Below, piece after piece: positions 11,707 to 25,100 of a stretch of 64,000 nt of DNA (position 1 is its first letter; every line of letters begins with the position of its first letter). The translations under genes were made by a program, and so were the position numbers. Below the pieces are notes generated by a model that did no database searches, was not told the origin of the DNA, and worked only from the letters and a program-made list of their open reading frames with translations. The stretch comes from Lama guanicoe (taxonomy: Eukaryota): assembly GCA_013239625.1 (NCBI GenBank), contig MU055456.1, positions 1,052,403 through 1,116,402 on the forward strand, written 5' to 3'.

Positions 11707-13446
11707 CTTTAAGTCATTGTTCAAAGAAGCATAAAGAAGACAGGTAGATCTAGTGTAAGTGACAGTACCACAGTGAAGACTGCTTGTTCCCCGCTTAAAA
11801 AAAAACAAACTCTGATGCCACCTGCCAGGGTGAGGATGGGCGGTGAAGAGCGTCATCTCTTCTCTGTCAGGTTAGGAAGCCCTACGGAGCCGCAGCCCAC
11901 TGTGCGCCCGTGTTCAGGCTGGTCCCTCTGCCTGAGGGCCCTTCCGGCCACTGGCCAACCTTGGAAAACTCCTACTCACACTTCATCAGGCCTACTCACC
12001 AGGCCTGGCTGAAACATGACACTGTCATGCTCCCTTCTCAACAGCTGGAGCCACCCTCAGAGGTGGACTTCCCTACTTCTTCTCCTGAGCCGCAAAGGAC
12101 AGCTCTTTATAACCAGGCTCCACTTGAGGACTTTCTGGGCATCTGCATGCTTGGCATGGTCTGCAGGCTGTAGCCCCCAAGAGTAGGGCCCACGTTTGGT
12201 CATTTCCCTAGAACCTGCGTGGTGCCCAGCACAGAGCAAGCGCTCCATCCATGGCTGATGGGTTTGGTCAGTGACCCTTGGGACCTGCTGGGTGTAGGGA
12301 GGAAAGAGGCCTGACTTGTCCCAGGTCGGCCTGAGTAGAGCACCATTAGCTTCACAAGAGCGGGAGCATTTCAGGGAATAACAACTAGTTCTGGAGTCTT
12401 CTGTGCACAGTTTAACCTTGGAAGGTAAACTGGAAATTCACAGGTATTTGGTTTCCAAGTGTTTTTGGAGTAAGAGCTATTTGAATGAAGTTAAAGCCAG
12501 ATCTGGTGGCCAAACTGGGCAGCATTTGGTGGCAGCTTCATGGTTTCTGTCCCCAATTAGCCTTGCTCTGCATGTGGTATAAAAAGCACAGATCCACGTG
12601 CTTCTTTCTAAGGACAGAACTTCAGAGAGTCACCTATTGCAAGACAGGCAGCTTTCCTGTGTTCACTGGGAAAGTGGGACTCTGAACACATTTTCCTTGC
12701 AAACACAAACTCATGTTGTCTGGGTGACCAGGCCGATTGGCAAAGCTTCAAGAAGTCTATCAGGAATTATACAGATATCACTGTGTTCCTCCCCCACAAT
12801 CTTCCAGCAGGGGAAGGTGCTCCATCCAGGAACGCTGAGAAGTCTTCTACTGGTCCACAGGGACCAGAGAAGGGGCCAGAGGAGGAAGGGCCCGGCTGAA
12901 ATACAAAGAAGGGGAGATTCCTACAGCTGGCACGGGACGGGAGCTCTAGCAGCTGGCAGAATGAACGGGAGAGCAGGTTCGTGCCCACCTACTAGGGAGG
13001 CCAATTCTTAAGGTGGGGTGTGTTCACTGGTTTCCCTGGTGCTTTTGCCCAGGCTTCTGCCTTCCTGACCCACTGTGGCGCAGAACAAGGCATCACGGGA
13101 GGGGAAAGAATCAGAAGCGTGCAGCCACTTGGCCAGCCAACTGGGATGGTTGTTCACACGTAAGCTGAGTCCATATGCTAGTCAGCATGGAGCAGAGCAG
13201 GCAGTGTCCTCAGCACAGAGCCTGGCTGGGAGCCAAAAACCAGCCAGGTGTCCTCTGTGAGGACACGGGCACTGTTTGGTTATGTCATGACGCATACTTT
13301 TACCAAAGAACTATTTGTATGGTACACACTTAGAGCTCTTTTCTCAGTGGTCTGTGACATAGACCTGGCCTTGACAATGAGGTGCCACAACTCAAGGTTT
13401 AACTGTTCACTGTGAGAGACAGAAGTACAATTTCTTAAGAACTCAC

Positions 13447-13470
13447 CATGTTGGTCAAACTTTTGGCAGG
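13447..13470 (-). CDS. SH3KBP1: Candidate alternatively spliced 24-nt microexon of SH3KBP1 (ACQKFDQH)
   Basis: ttttatatcag|CCTGCCAAAAGTTTGACCAACATG|gtgagt; length divisible by 3, phase 1-1 matches the host intron, no stop codon. Confidence 0.55.
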
Positions 13471-14378
13471 CTGATATAAAATATTAAATTTCACACTAAA
13501 ATTTCATGAGGCCACCTAGGAGCACCTCCAAAGAATTTCATTAATTAATTCAGCATTTCTCTTGTGATTCACAAATAACTGCTTTTTAAAATGGAATTTG
13601 CTCTGCCTCCTGTTCATAATAATAACATCACAGTTTTCCCATAAAAAGTGTGATCAATCAAACCTTAGACACCTAATAAAACAAGTCCTCTCACAGCACA
13701 CAGATTTCTTTGGGAGGAACACTCAGACCGTGGGAGTCAAACACATTCATAAAACTGACTGTGTGATACAGGTTAAAGTACTTCCCTGAAGATGACATCT
13801 TTGACCCCTTAAGGGAACTGTGGGCACTGGGCTGCTTCTCCCAGTTTTGCCATGCCACCCCTCCCTCAACATTCCTGACCGAGGACAAGTCTCTGTAATA
13901 TAGTAGCCAGAGTCCAAGGCCCAGTGGAGACTGACCGTTTTCATTTGTCTGGATGGGAATTTCTCTAAGCCACATCCACCCATCACCAGTTAATGAGCAC
14001 CTGGGGCACCAAGCCGGATGGAAACCACAGCAGATACATCCGGGCCCTCTAGGAACTTACAGCTGGCATCCCGACTTTGGGATGCTGCTGGTGTGGGGAC
14101 GACAATGATGCAGGAAGATTGGGATGGAAGGGCCCCAAGGTGTTTTGTGACTGGGCTGGTTGTTTTTCATTTGATGAGAAATTCTGGCCCAAAGAAGCAC
14201 CACATAACTCTCTCTCTTATTGCCTTGGAAAAAGGAAATTAAAAAGCAATCAAAACAAAACCATAATCTTCATATTCCAAAGAAAAAGCAAATTCTGTGG
14301 GTAATCCGGATGAGCCCTGTAACAGACAGCTTTGTCTCCTGCTGTTCTGTAAGTGTCAGCAAAGACTTGATTTCATAC

Positions 14379-14459
14379 CTTTCTCTTCTGTTCTGTTTGG
14401 AAGCGTTTCTGGTCTTTCAGGAGGTATCTTTTTAATTTCATGTTTTCTTTCAGTGGTAC
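14379..14459 (-). CDS. SH3KBP1: SH3KBP1 coding exon (~exon 11, 81 nt)
   Basis: cccgccccag|GTACCACT...GAGAAAG|gtatga; encodes (G)[26 protein letters not shown] + 1 nt (phase 1 to 1). Confidence 0.96.
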
Positions 14460-14873
14460 CTGGGGCGGGGGGAAGGATAACAACCATTAGGAAGTGTTCC
14501 TCCCATCCATTTATTAGACACACTAGCATTTTAAATATTTATCAGGTATAGCAAAGTCAATAGTTTTTTTTTTTTCCTAAGCTGAGTGCTAGTGTTATCT
14601 GGCAAACACAAGCTGCTTAGAAACAGAGCAGAAGCCATTGCTGGCATATGTCATTAAGTTGCTTGCCTATACGTCCTTTATTTATAAGAAAACCACTAAT
14701 ATTTCTTGGTATTTAAATCTGACTTTCTTAGGCATCAAAGTAGTCACAGGAAATCACTTGGTGTGGGTGGGGAATGTATATAAATAAGCAAATCCATGGG
14801 CATAAGAAGATTGCTTTTTCACACTACCAAATTTGGACTGGTTTGTTACGCAGCAAAATTAACCAGAACATGT

Positions 14874-15060
14874 ATTTTTTAAAACTGGATTATAGTTGAC
14901 TTACAATATTGTATTAGTTTCAGGTGTACAGCATAGTGATTCAATATTTTTACACATTACATAGCATAAAAAGTTATTAAAATATCACTGGGTATATTCC
15001 TAGTGCTGTACATTACATCCCTGTGACTTATTTATTTTACAGCTGGCAGTTTGTACCACT
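14874..15060 (-). mobile_element. Short LINE-1 3'-end fragment (L1MA-like)
   Basis: tatagttgacttacaatattgtattagtttcaggtgtacagcatagtgattc is the reverse complement of the L1 3' terminus. Confidence 0.8.
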
Positions 15061-15973
15061 TAAACATATTTTTAAGTGGAGGGATGTGCAGAGAAGATAC
15101 GGTGGTTTTCCCTAGGTCTTTTCAGTCTGCGTCTGAATCCCTCAAGTATTACATTTTCCCATATGTACCAATTAACACCTCCTTTTTATGCACATGGACT
15201 GTAGCTGCTCCCTCAAGTGGGGTCTTCATCAGTGTCAGTGGCCTCAGGCACGGTAGAGCACTTGGAAAATAGATAAAGCATGAAACCCATCACAAGTGTT
15301 CCCCTGATTTATGGACTTGGGTGAGTGCTTGACAAACTCCTTACATGATCAAACCTATGGATGGATGCGTGGTACTCTTAATTACATATTATCAGAAGCA
15401 AAAAAACTTAAAATAAACTCCCCTGAACACACTTTACCTAAATCTCCTTAATGACTGACTATAAATTAAACACTGTATGTGATTTCTGTCAATTCCATAT
15501 CTAATTGTTTTGGGCCAAATAATCAAACTTGAGGAAAGGTGATGACAGGGGAAATGAGTGTATTTATCTCCCTACCACAAAGTAGTTCCCAAGATCACGC
15601 AGCAGGATAAATGAGCAAGCGAGCAGTAATCTAGGAAGGTTAAATACCATCTTGCTTTGCCCTACAGAGATCCAGAATAACCTTTGGTAAAACTGTTTCA
15701 AAAGGATAAGAATTTGCCTACCATGCTACAATCTAGTCTCCTGATGAGAAGAAGTTCAGTATCACTCCTATAGACACAGGTGAAATGAACAGTCTTCCTA
15801 CCATGAAGAATCCAACCCTAGTCACGTTCTAGGCTACTTGAGTGTGGACCACTTAACTCATCTCCTTGGTCTCTAACATGTCACCAAGGCTTCAAGGGAA
15901 CAGGGTCTTCAGAAAAAAGCAGATCAATAGTCTGCTTTCATTTCAGCACAATGACATATTTATCCAGCCAGAA

Positions 15974-15986
15974 CCACTAGGTGGCA
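15974..15986 (+). promoter_or_regulatory. CTCF-like motif
   Basis: CCACTAGGTGGCA matches the CTCF core consensus; motif match only. Confidence 0.4.
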
Positions 15987-17043
15987 AAATTAAACTGCTC
16001 GACACAAACGAGGGCGGGGGCTGAGCAGGAGATGTAATTAACATCCCTTTTCAGGGCTTAATCTCTGTAATGCTCAACTCCGCTGAAGGGAATGGGAAAG
16101 GAATGTGGGGTCCAGCTGACTTTTTCCCCTAACTTCGTGGGCCAAAAGAATGCAAAAAAAATCATTCCTAATAAATCTGTTGAATAAACCAATCCTGAAA
16201 TGTATTCATACTTTAAATGCTATAGAAATATAATTATGAACATACAGAACTAAAAATACCCCCAGTCTTCTTCAGTTTTAGTTGTTAATTTTTGAAAATG
16301 CCACTTAACTAGTTATTCATGAAGGAATTTCTCCCTATAATTAGTTTTTAACACTTATAAAGAGGAGCTCTATTGGGAACTACAAATACTGATCTTTATG
16401 CCTGAGAGTCCAGGGTGCAAAGGATTACCAAGTATCCAACAACATCAAGTCTTCCTCTATTATTCAACCTTGACATTTGAACCACACAGAAAAAGTGAAT
16501 TAACTGGACTCCTTTCCAGATTAGAAAAGAATCATGAGGGAAAGTATTGCTAGAAAAACATTTTTGGGGGGGTCTGGGGTAAGCAAAGTAAGTACAAATT
16601 TTGGTTAACCACACGGGACAGAAACTGAAAATTGAGCACAGCTCTCCGTGCACAGTGCCGCTGTGACTGTGGGAGGCAGCTCCCCTTAGGCTGACCCTCC
16701 ACCGGCAGGCACAGGCAAAGGAGACAATTCGTTCTTCTCTCCTCAAAAGTGGTTTATTAAAAAAAGAAAAACAAAGCAAACAAAACTGGTTTACTCAAAC
16801 ACAAAGTCTTTGGGAGGCCAGATTTTTACCCCTGTATATCTGGGATACATTTTAATGATATGTTTATTTTTTAGGGAAGACAGTAGTATATTTAAAACCT
16901 GCTTGCTGAGACCAAATCCTTACTTTCCAATCTGGTCATCTGTGGCATGTGACTCTAAGACTCCTGAGTTCTACCAAGGATGCTATAAATAGACACAGAG
17001 AGAAAGACAAACATCGTGTTGACAGAACTGAAAGGTATATTAC

Positions 17044-17095
17044 CTGCCCCTTGCTTGATGACTGGAGCGGATGGAGGAGGTGGCTTCTTGGGTCT
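17044..17095 (-). CDS. SH3KBP1: SH3KBP1 coding exon (~exon 10, 52 nt), start of proline-rich region
   Basis: tttttcag|AGACCCAAG...GGGGCAG|gtaata; encodes RPKKPPPPSAPVIKQGA + 1 nt (phase 0 to 1). Confidence 0.96.
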
Positions 17096-17311
17096 CTGAA
17101 AAATTAATCAAAGTGATACTACATGAGACTGTTGGCAAGCCTGGCCGCTCACATAAGGACCACAGACAGTGTTTTCTAGATGTAGTTTGGACAGCCCAGA
17201 GAAGCTCTCCAAAAAAATTGAGCAATTCTCTCTCCAGGGATGTCAGGTTTTGGCACCTTTAAACAAACACTAAAATAAATTCAGGCTGCAAAACAAAGCT
17301 CTGATGGACAA

Positions 17312-17468
17312 NNNNNNNNNNNNNNNNNNNNNNNNNNNNNNNNNNNNNNNNNNNNNNNNNNNNNNNNNNNNNNNNNNNNNNNNNNNNNNNNNNNNNNNNN
17401 NNNNNNNNNNNNNNNNNNNNNNNNNNNNNNNNNNNNNNNNNNNNNNNNNNNNNNNNNNNNNNNNNNNN
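17312..17468. other. Assembly gap (157 N)
   Basis: Run of N. Confidence 0.99.
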
Positions 17469-18299
17469 AAAGAGTCGCTGGGATGGCTCTAAATTAGATC
17501 TGCTCTGGATGTGGGACCTGCAACAAAATGCAGGCTGGGGGGCCCCTGCACCTGGGTAGGGTACGAAGCCTTCTGCCCCTTTTCAACCCAAGGCTAGTAG
17601 GTCCCTTGCAAAGTCCCCTACAGACCAGCTGTACCCTGGAGAACAAAATGGAGTTTCTTTGCATATCAGCCACTATTTGTTTTTCTCTCTCATCCTATCA
17701 CTCTGGAGGTGACAAGGCAGCAGTGCAATCAATGGCATCTCCTTGCTCACCCAGGATTGGCTGTAGAAAGGAGACAGTCAAGCTGGACTTGGCAAACGTC
17801 CTGGGGCTGAGAGTCCAGCCAGGGCACAATTCTTGGACACCATTCTTGGACAGGGGAGAAGGGAGCCAAAGGCAAGGGGAGAATCATCTCATCACCTAGA
17901 TCATTAAGGAAAGATGGAAACGGGGATGGTTTGCGCATACGAGCCATGTCATTGCTGACACTTCAGACCCTCTCTGGGTATCATATACTTGTGACTTTGA
18001 AAAAGCTCCATGGACTCTCCTCTGCACACTGAGAATGTACTGCTGTGACACTGCTGTGGGGACCAGAGAAAGCACCCGGTCATCCTCGGCCCCACCTACC
18101 AGTGCCTCCCTGTGCCTGATACCAGGGCACAGGAAGAAATGGTTTGCAGTAAGACCCAGAGAATATGAGACCCACAAAGAACCTTCTCAGGAAGTAGCAC
18201 AGCATGTAGGCTCCGCATTCGATGACATCTCCGCTTTGCTCTTTACTAGCTGGGTGATTTGGCCAAGTGACCCCAAGTAAACTACAGCATGGTAGGTAA

Positions 18300-18652
18300 G
18301 AGGTGGGGCTTCAAGACATGACTGTCATTACACATTGTGGCTCTTTCCATTTTCAGCCGTGGACACTGGGCAGGTGACCTCACCTAGATGAATCTTCCCG
18401 ACTGTAAAATGGAGATAATATTACCTCCCTCTTAGGAGGAGGAGATTTCACAAACAGAGGAAATCAGTAAGCACTGCCTTGTTCAGTCCTCGTGACAACT
18501 CTATAAGGAGTGATATTATTAGGCCCATTTTGCAGATGAAATAATTGAGGCTTCGAGAGATGAAGTCATTTCCCAGGCCACCATTAAATGGGGCAGGGGG
18601 CTGAGAATCCAGCCCAGGGCTATCTGACCCGCAGGCATGCTCTTAACCACTG
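18300..18652. mobile_element. Cluster of MIR fragments in opposite orientations
   Basis: ctgtaaaatggagataatattacctc (sense core, about 18400-18430) and cccattttgcagatgaaataattgaggc (antisense core, about 18523-18550). Confidence 0.6.
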
Positions 18653-21600
18653 CGAAGGGTCCCTTCCTGCCAGATGGCGTCCACAAGACAAACTATCTCT
18701 CAGTCATAAACCACAGAGAGTTTACAAAAGCACAGGGAACTGTAGTATGTTAACACTAAGGAAAAAAAAGTATCAAATTGCAGCTACAGTATGAGCTCAA
18801 CCATGTTACAATATATACAGAAAGGGGAAAAGACTGGGAAGAGAGAAATTTATAGTGCTGATCTCTTGTAGGATTATGAGTGCATACATGTGTGTTTCCT
18901 TATATTTTTCTGTACTCTCTATATGCGTATAAACTTTATTATAAAAAGGAAAGAAAGAAGGATGCTCCAGGGGCCCCTCCACATGGGAACAGGCCCCCCC
19001 ACCAGATGGATCTGTTCTGCTCACAGATCTTACCACTCTTACCCCTGCTGCCAGTCCCTTCTAGCTCTCTCCCTCAATCCTTCCTTTTGATTCCTCCCTT
19101 CTCAGTCTTTGTATAAGTTAGGCTGGGGTCGGATGTGTGTTTACCTAATGAAGTTATTGTTGAAACTCTGCCAATTAACCCTTCTTTACCTCAGGATCAG
19201 AGTAATATCTTATGCGTGAAACTGCCAACACCCCATGGCCTGATTTTGCCCAGCCAAGCCTCAACAATGCCCACCCCCTGGATGTCTTCCTTCCTCTCTG
19301 TTGTTGGAACACTTTTCTAACCAATTTCCCATGAACCTCCACTTACTGAGGCCGTTCCCCCAGCGACCTTGCCTCAAACCACAGGGCCTCAAATAAAAAA
19401 AGACAATTACAAGTCATCATATTTTCCAAGATTACTGTTTAAAGAAAAAAAATCCTTAATGTTGTGTCAGATTTGGCATGTAGCAGACACATGAAATGCA
19501 ACCGGCAGCGTGGAGGGGCACCGAGAGAGAAGGGATGGGAAGCACTGTGCTGACAGCCTTTGGAGACCAGGGTCAGGCAGAGGTGTGACATTGTGCTGGG
19601 AGGCCTGGCAGCTGCGGAGGCAGGTGGGGCAATTTTGAAAGGAAGGAGCAGTTTGTCAGCTGTCTGTCTTGCATCCACCACGCTTGATCGACGCTGGCCA
19701 GGTGCCGGCTTTGCTTAGCAGCAGAGGAGGTTTACCAGTTGTTGGTTTTTTTTTTTTTTCCCTTGACTGATTTCAGCTTCTGGTTCCATCAAATTTAGCC
19801 TTCCTGCCTCCTTGGATGAGAAATGATGCCACGTTTTCCAGAGGATATGTCTTGCAAGATAATTCTGAACAAAAATCGGGGCCAGGGTTCCCTATAGCTC
19901 TAGACCACCCCCACCCTGCAAATGATTCATAAAGTATTCACATGAGCTGACAATGATTTTTTTCCTTTGAATGCCACAGGAAGATAGGGCAGTGAGGACA
20001 AAGCAGGCAGACTGGGGAAATCTATAGCAAAATGTGGCAATAAAAAAATTCATCATGGGAGTTCATGATTCTCAAATAAGAAGACGTAAACACAACATGT
20101 AATTAATTTTCCAGGTTAAGCAGTAGGTCAACATTTTCTCTATTGAGTTAACCAGCATTAACCAGCTCCTGAAGGTGCACAGACAGAAACATCCTTTCAA
20201 CTCACTCAAGTATTTTAAGTCATGAATTTTTTAGAGGCACTTGTTCTATTTATTCTCCTCCCTCCATAGTGAAAATAAAACACTCTAGCTTCAAGCTCAG
20301 GTGGCGTCATCCTGTTCCATTTACAGACTGATGCTAAGAACAGAGGACATTACAGCTCTGAGTGATCAAAGGGTCCCCTTTAAGCTGAGAAAACTGAGGC
20401 CAGAGGGGCCATGTTAACAGCTAGGTGGTTGCTAAAATGGGCCCAGGACTCACATCTCTCAGTGTCCAGACTGGAAATTCAGTAAAAAAGAGTCAACATA
20501 AAAATGTTCATAACAAAATCACTGGGCCAACATTTTCTGATTTCTGGGAGAGCAGAATGCCTTCCACGGTCCTCACAGGTGCAGAGCACCCAGGCCTGTG
20601 TGTGCCTGCGTGTGAATCTGCCTGTGGGTAGATCCGGCTTGGACAGAGAAGCAAACACCATTCTTCAAAGGCTATGTTAACTAGATTAGATTTCGTACCA
20701 TTATTACTGGGAAGGAAATAGATCTGGATGTTCTGGAGTGAAGACAGCAAGAAGGCAAGTTGTGCTTCCAGCTGAAGCATTTCAGAAGTGACCCTGCCCT
20801 TTGTGCAGCAAGTCTGGCCAGTCCCAAATGAAGGAGCTTGTCAACTGGCTCAACTGTCCTCTCTGGCAGGAATTCTGATTTGCCACTTGGCCTCTTAAGC
20901 CCATCTGCCTTCATATCTCTGGCCCCAGACATGTGATTTGCTGAAAATAACCAGAGGAGAGTACTCCTAATGGCTGGGTATCCTTCGGGGGGGGGGGAGG
21001 CGCTTTGTTAGAGGACTATGGTAAGTTTCCCCAAAGCAAATTTTAGCTTGATTTTGAGCCCTGGGAAGCCCTACTCCAGGCATTTAAGTTCTCTGGAGGT
21101 GTCTCTGTGTGAGGCTGGAGAGTGGACACCAATGGACAGTTCCTGACCAAGGCCCTCATGGCTCTAGCAACACATGGAGGCCTCCACTCTGCCCTTTCCT
21201 CTCCTTCCCTGGGTGGATTGACAAGACCTTTGAAGAGTACATCTGGGGCTTTGCTCCTCTGCACCCTACAGAGTCCCCAGCCCATGAGATTCCCCAGGAG
21301 CTACCACAAAACCTGCTCTTGGTAGGCTCTCTCTCAAGCTTCCTCTCCTTAGCCTCTGGCCTGGTGGCTTACATCCATGGTCTCCCTCTTGGCTAGGCCC
21401 CTCCAGACTGCAGCCTACTGGGTAGCCACCCAGGCTTTGGTGTTTGGTTTTTCCCTACACTCTCAATTCACCCCCTTAGCTCACTCCTTCACTCCATCTA
21501 CCCCACCCTGAAAGTGATGCCTTGACTCCATGCCCAGACCTCACATCTGGATGATGGATCTGGGCCCCGCTTTGTCTGGGAAGAGAAATCTGACAAGGGA

Positions 21601-21766
21601 TCTGGCTTCCTCTTGCCCCTCCCATGACTCTTCCTCTTCTTTCAGACTATTACAGGAAGGAGCAGAAAGTAGGAGGGGAGGGAGAGGAGGGAGAGAAACT
21701 ATACCTTGTCATTAAATGACCAAATGACAAGGGATTCCTGAGTGCCAACTAGGGTATCAAGCATGC

Positions 21767-22105
21767 TGCTAAGGACTGAACGTTTGTCTACTGAATGGAC
21801 ACAAAATTCTTACGTTGAAACTTAATCCCCCATGGGTGGCCTCNNNNNNNNNNNNNNNNNNNNNNNNNNNNNNNNNNNNNNNNNNNNNNNNNNNNNNNNN
21901 NNNNNNNNNNNNNNNNNNNNNNNNNNNNNNNNNNNNNNNNNNNNNNNNNNNNNNNNNNNNNNNNNNNNNNNNNNNNNNNNNNNNNNNNNNNNNNNNNNNN
22001 NNNNNNNNNNNNNNNNNNNNNNNNNNNNNNNNNNNNNNNNNNNNNNNNNNNNNNNNNNNNNNNNNNNNNNNNNNNNNNNNNNNNNTAGCCTGAACTGACT
22101 AAGAC
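21767..22105 (+). mobile_element. MaLR LTR (MLT1A-like) spanning an assembly gap
   Basis: Starts tgctaaggactgaacgtttgt...cgttgaaacttaatcccc and ends gcctgaactgactaagaca, both MLT1-type termini. Confidence 0.7.
21844..22085. other. Assembly gap (242 N)
   Basis: Run of N inside an MLT1 LTR. Confidence 0.99.
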
Positions 22106-25100
22106 ACACACACTGTTAGACCCCATGAAGGAGAAACCTGGGACACGGGCTCAGCCTTCAAAGAGATGACAGTTCAGATGGCGTGATGAGAGAGAAGCAC
22201 TTCAGGCAAGAGTAGACTGAATGAGGGGCTCAACCAGGAGAGCACAGGCTCTAAATACCAACAGAGAAGCGAGAAGGAGAGCCACCTGGGCCACTTCAGG
22301 GCAACTCAGCGGGGGGCTCCGCCATTTGGTCAGACATGGGCAACACCAAAGTCTTGACGAGCCCCATCTCTGCATGTGAAATTACCCAGAAAATTAAATG
22401 TACAGACAAATAATGTCGCAGGTGAATTTTATTCATAATGCTGCTGCTTATAAGCACATATTTCTTTCTTTTTGGAAGACTGAAAACAGGGAAAGAATTC
22501 ATTGGGCATCTTCAGAAATTAGAAAGAATACTGGTTCTCAAAAGGCTGAAGGACATAACTAGGAACAAAGAAAATTTTGGCTGAGGACAGTTTTATAAAC
22601 TGGATTGTCAGATGATAGGGGCTAAGGTCAGGGGCCTCCTAAGATCTTGGTAAAGAGAATGCAGTCAGAGTTAAACCACAAAATTCAGCTACAGTGGATT
22701 AGCCATTATGGGAAAGAAGCAAGAGACGTCCTTTCCTGCAAAAGTTTGGAACCTACAAAACTCCTGCTGAGCAATCTTCAGGTTGGCACTCAATTGTAAC
22801 AGAGACTGTGGGGAACCTACTTGACTGTACCATGATGTGTCTGGAGATTGACAATGGACGGGAAGAGTCCCACCAGGCATGAAAATAGAGGAAAATGGTG
22901 AGTTGCGGAGGCCATGGGGCAGCACTCTTGCAAACATCATTTGGGCTTAGCTGAACTCAACATACAGTTCCCTTGGCTCCCCTTTCTCTCAGTGCATGAG
23001 GGGGGCCCCTAGCTCTACCTGCAATACCCTTCGTGAGAACAATTAGCTCCTCTTCTTTTCATTCCTTGCTCTCCCAGAAAGCACCAAATAAATGCAGTTT
23101 CCTGTAGCATCTGGCTTCTAAGGAATCAGGCCCGCAGGGAGCAAATGCCCAGGGTAGGCAGACCCACCGCTCCACATGGGCTGACACTTTAGTTCTTACT
23201 GCGATCAGTAAACTGGCAGTCTGCTCCCTGGTAAGTCTCTGTGAGTTTGCAAATGGGACCTGGCATCAGTCACAGGCATCCTTCGAAATCTTTGAGGGCA
23301 GGTTTCTGTGTCCCTGAGGCTGACAGGCAGACCCTCCACTAGAGCATTCACTAGGCAAACACCTCTGGGAACCTGAGCAATGCCCCAGTTCTCGGCACTA
23401 TACAAACTCAAACTCAGAAGAGCCCCCCAAATCAGTGCATACTAGTGCATTCTGGTGATCTGAAGAGTTTCTCTTAAAAGAACTGGATCCTGAGACTTTC
23501 TTAAGATACCATCTTTCAGAAACATCACCTTTCTGAATACCTGTTCTGTATTTTTTTAATGACAGTAAGATATTGTTTCTGCTGTTCAGAGTCCAAGGTC
23601 CTCGTTTTGCTTCAGTCATGACAGAGCATGCGTGTTGCCTCATCAGCGCTGTCGGAATATTTAATCTTTCCATTCTGATATTCAATTTTATTGTCAAGGC
23701 TCAAAATAAACAGGCAGCCATTGAATCTAGGTTCTCTCATAAATAGCTTACATAATTGCTCTAAAATCTGCACCAAGAGACCGACTGGTACTCTCTGGGA
23801 ACATCTTGAGGAAAAGCCGCAGAGCCTCTGCTGCCCTGGTGAGAAGAAACGCACTGAGCGCCCTTGGAAAGAAAGACCTCCAGGAGTTCCGAAGGACCCG
23901 CAGTAACCACTGGAATCCGTGCCCCAGCAGAAAAGACGCCAGCCTCATCAGAATGCTTTGGTGATGCTACTGATTCAAGAGGTCTGCTGTTGAATAAAGG
24001 CTGCTTGCTGCTGTCTACCCTAATCATCACAGATCGTCCTCTTTTCTGGGTGAATGACTGCAACCCCAGCCACTGGCAAGACAAGATGACATCTGCTGAA
24101 ACCGATGGCAGAATAATGTTGCAGACGCTGCCAGTCCCATAGTGCATTTGTGTTAATGACGCTAATCATCTTTACACAGTCACCTCAGCACACCACAGCC
24201 CCCGTCTCCAGTCACACTGTCACCAACATGCCGGGTGCAGCAATAAAGGCTCAAAAAACAACCAATGCAAAGCCGGCTGGTGGGTTTTACAGGCCAGAGG
24301 GGATGAAAAGGATGTAATACTCTGAATCTTCTAAAAGCTAAATGTCACATTATACAATCACTCCTCAGCTGTAGGTATTACTTTGACAGCTGTAACTATT
24401 GTTTCCCTAAAATTGAGTTTTCTGCTGCTTAGGAACAGGGTTAAAAGACCTATCAAAGAGATAGTGGCTGCCCGTCTCGGGTGGGAAAGATGCCCATGGG
24501 CCCCAAAGAGCGTGCACGCCTCAGCGAGCAGGCCAGGACGAGCCTACTCATCACTGACAACTTCGCTCTCTCACGGGAGTCCTCCTGTAACACCTTACGT
24601 AACAGAGCAGAGCTTCCAGAAAAGTGTGCCATGGAGTCTCTCTCACTTGAGTGAATTTATTGCCCCACTAAAACACAAGCGGGGACTTGAAGACAGGGTG
24701 CTACAATGTAGGCAACACAGCCATCGCCCACGTGTTAAAAGAATAATCCAGATTTTACCTTAGCCTTCAAAATCACACCACCTCAATCAGCAGCAAGTGG
24801 GTGGCAAATGTCTAGCAGGATGGTGTGCTTGCTAAGACTCCTTGGCCAAAGGGAGGGGAGTCACTAGAAAGGACTTGGCATCCAAATGCTTCGGATGTGA
24901 ACACCTTTAGCCAGGTTCGCAGAGACTGGGGAGAAGGGTGAAACGGGCAGTCTGGGTGACCCCCTGCAGCCCCAATCTAAGCCCACAAAGGCAGCCACCG
25001 TGTGTCCTCCTCACTTCCCATCCCCCGCACAGAGGCCAGCCCCAAGAAGGGACCCAGTAAGTACAAAGCGAATGAATGAAAACACATAAAACATCACTGT

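Noticed and set aside
21788-22126. ORFs made mostly of X (also 17304..17492)
   Set aside because: Artefacts of translating assembly gaps.
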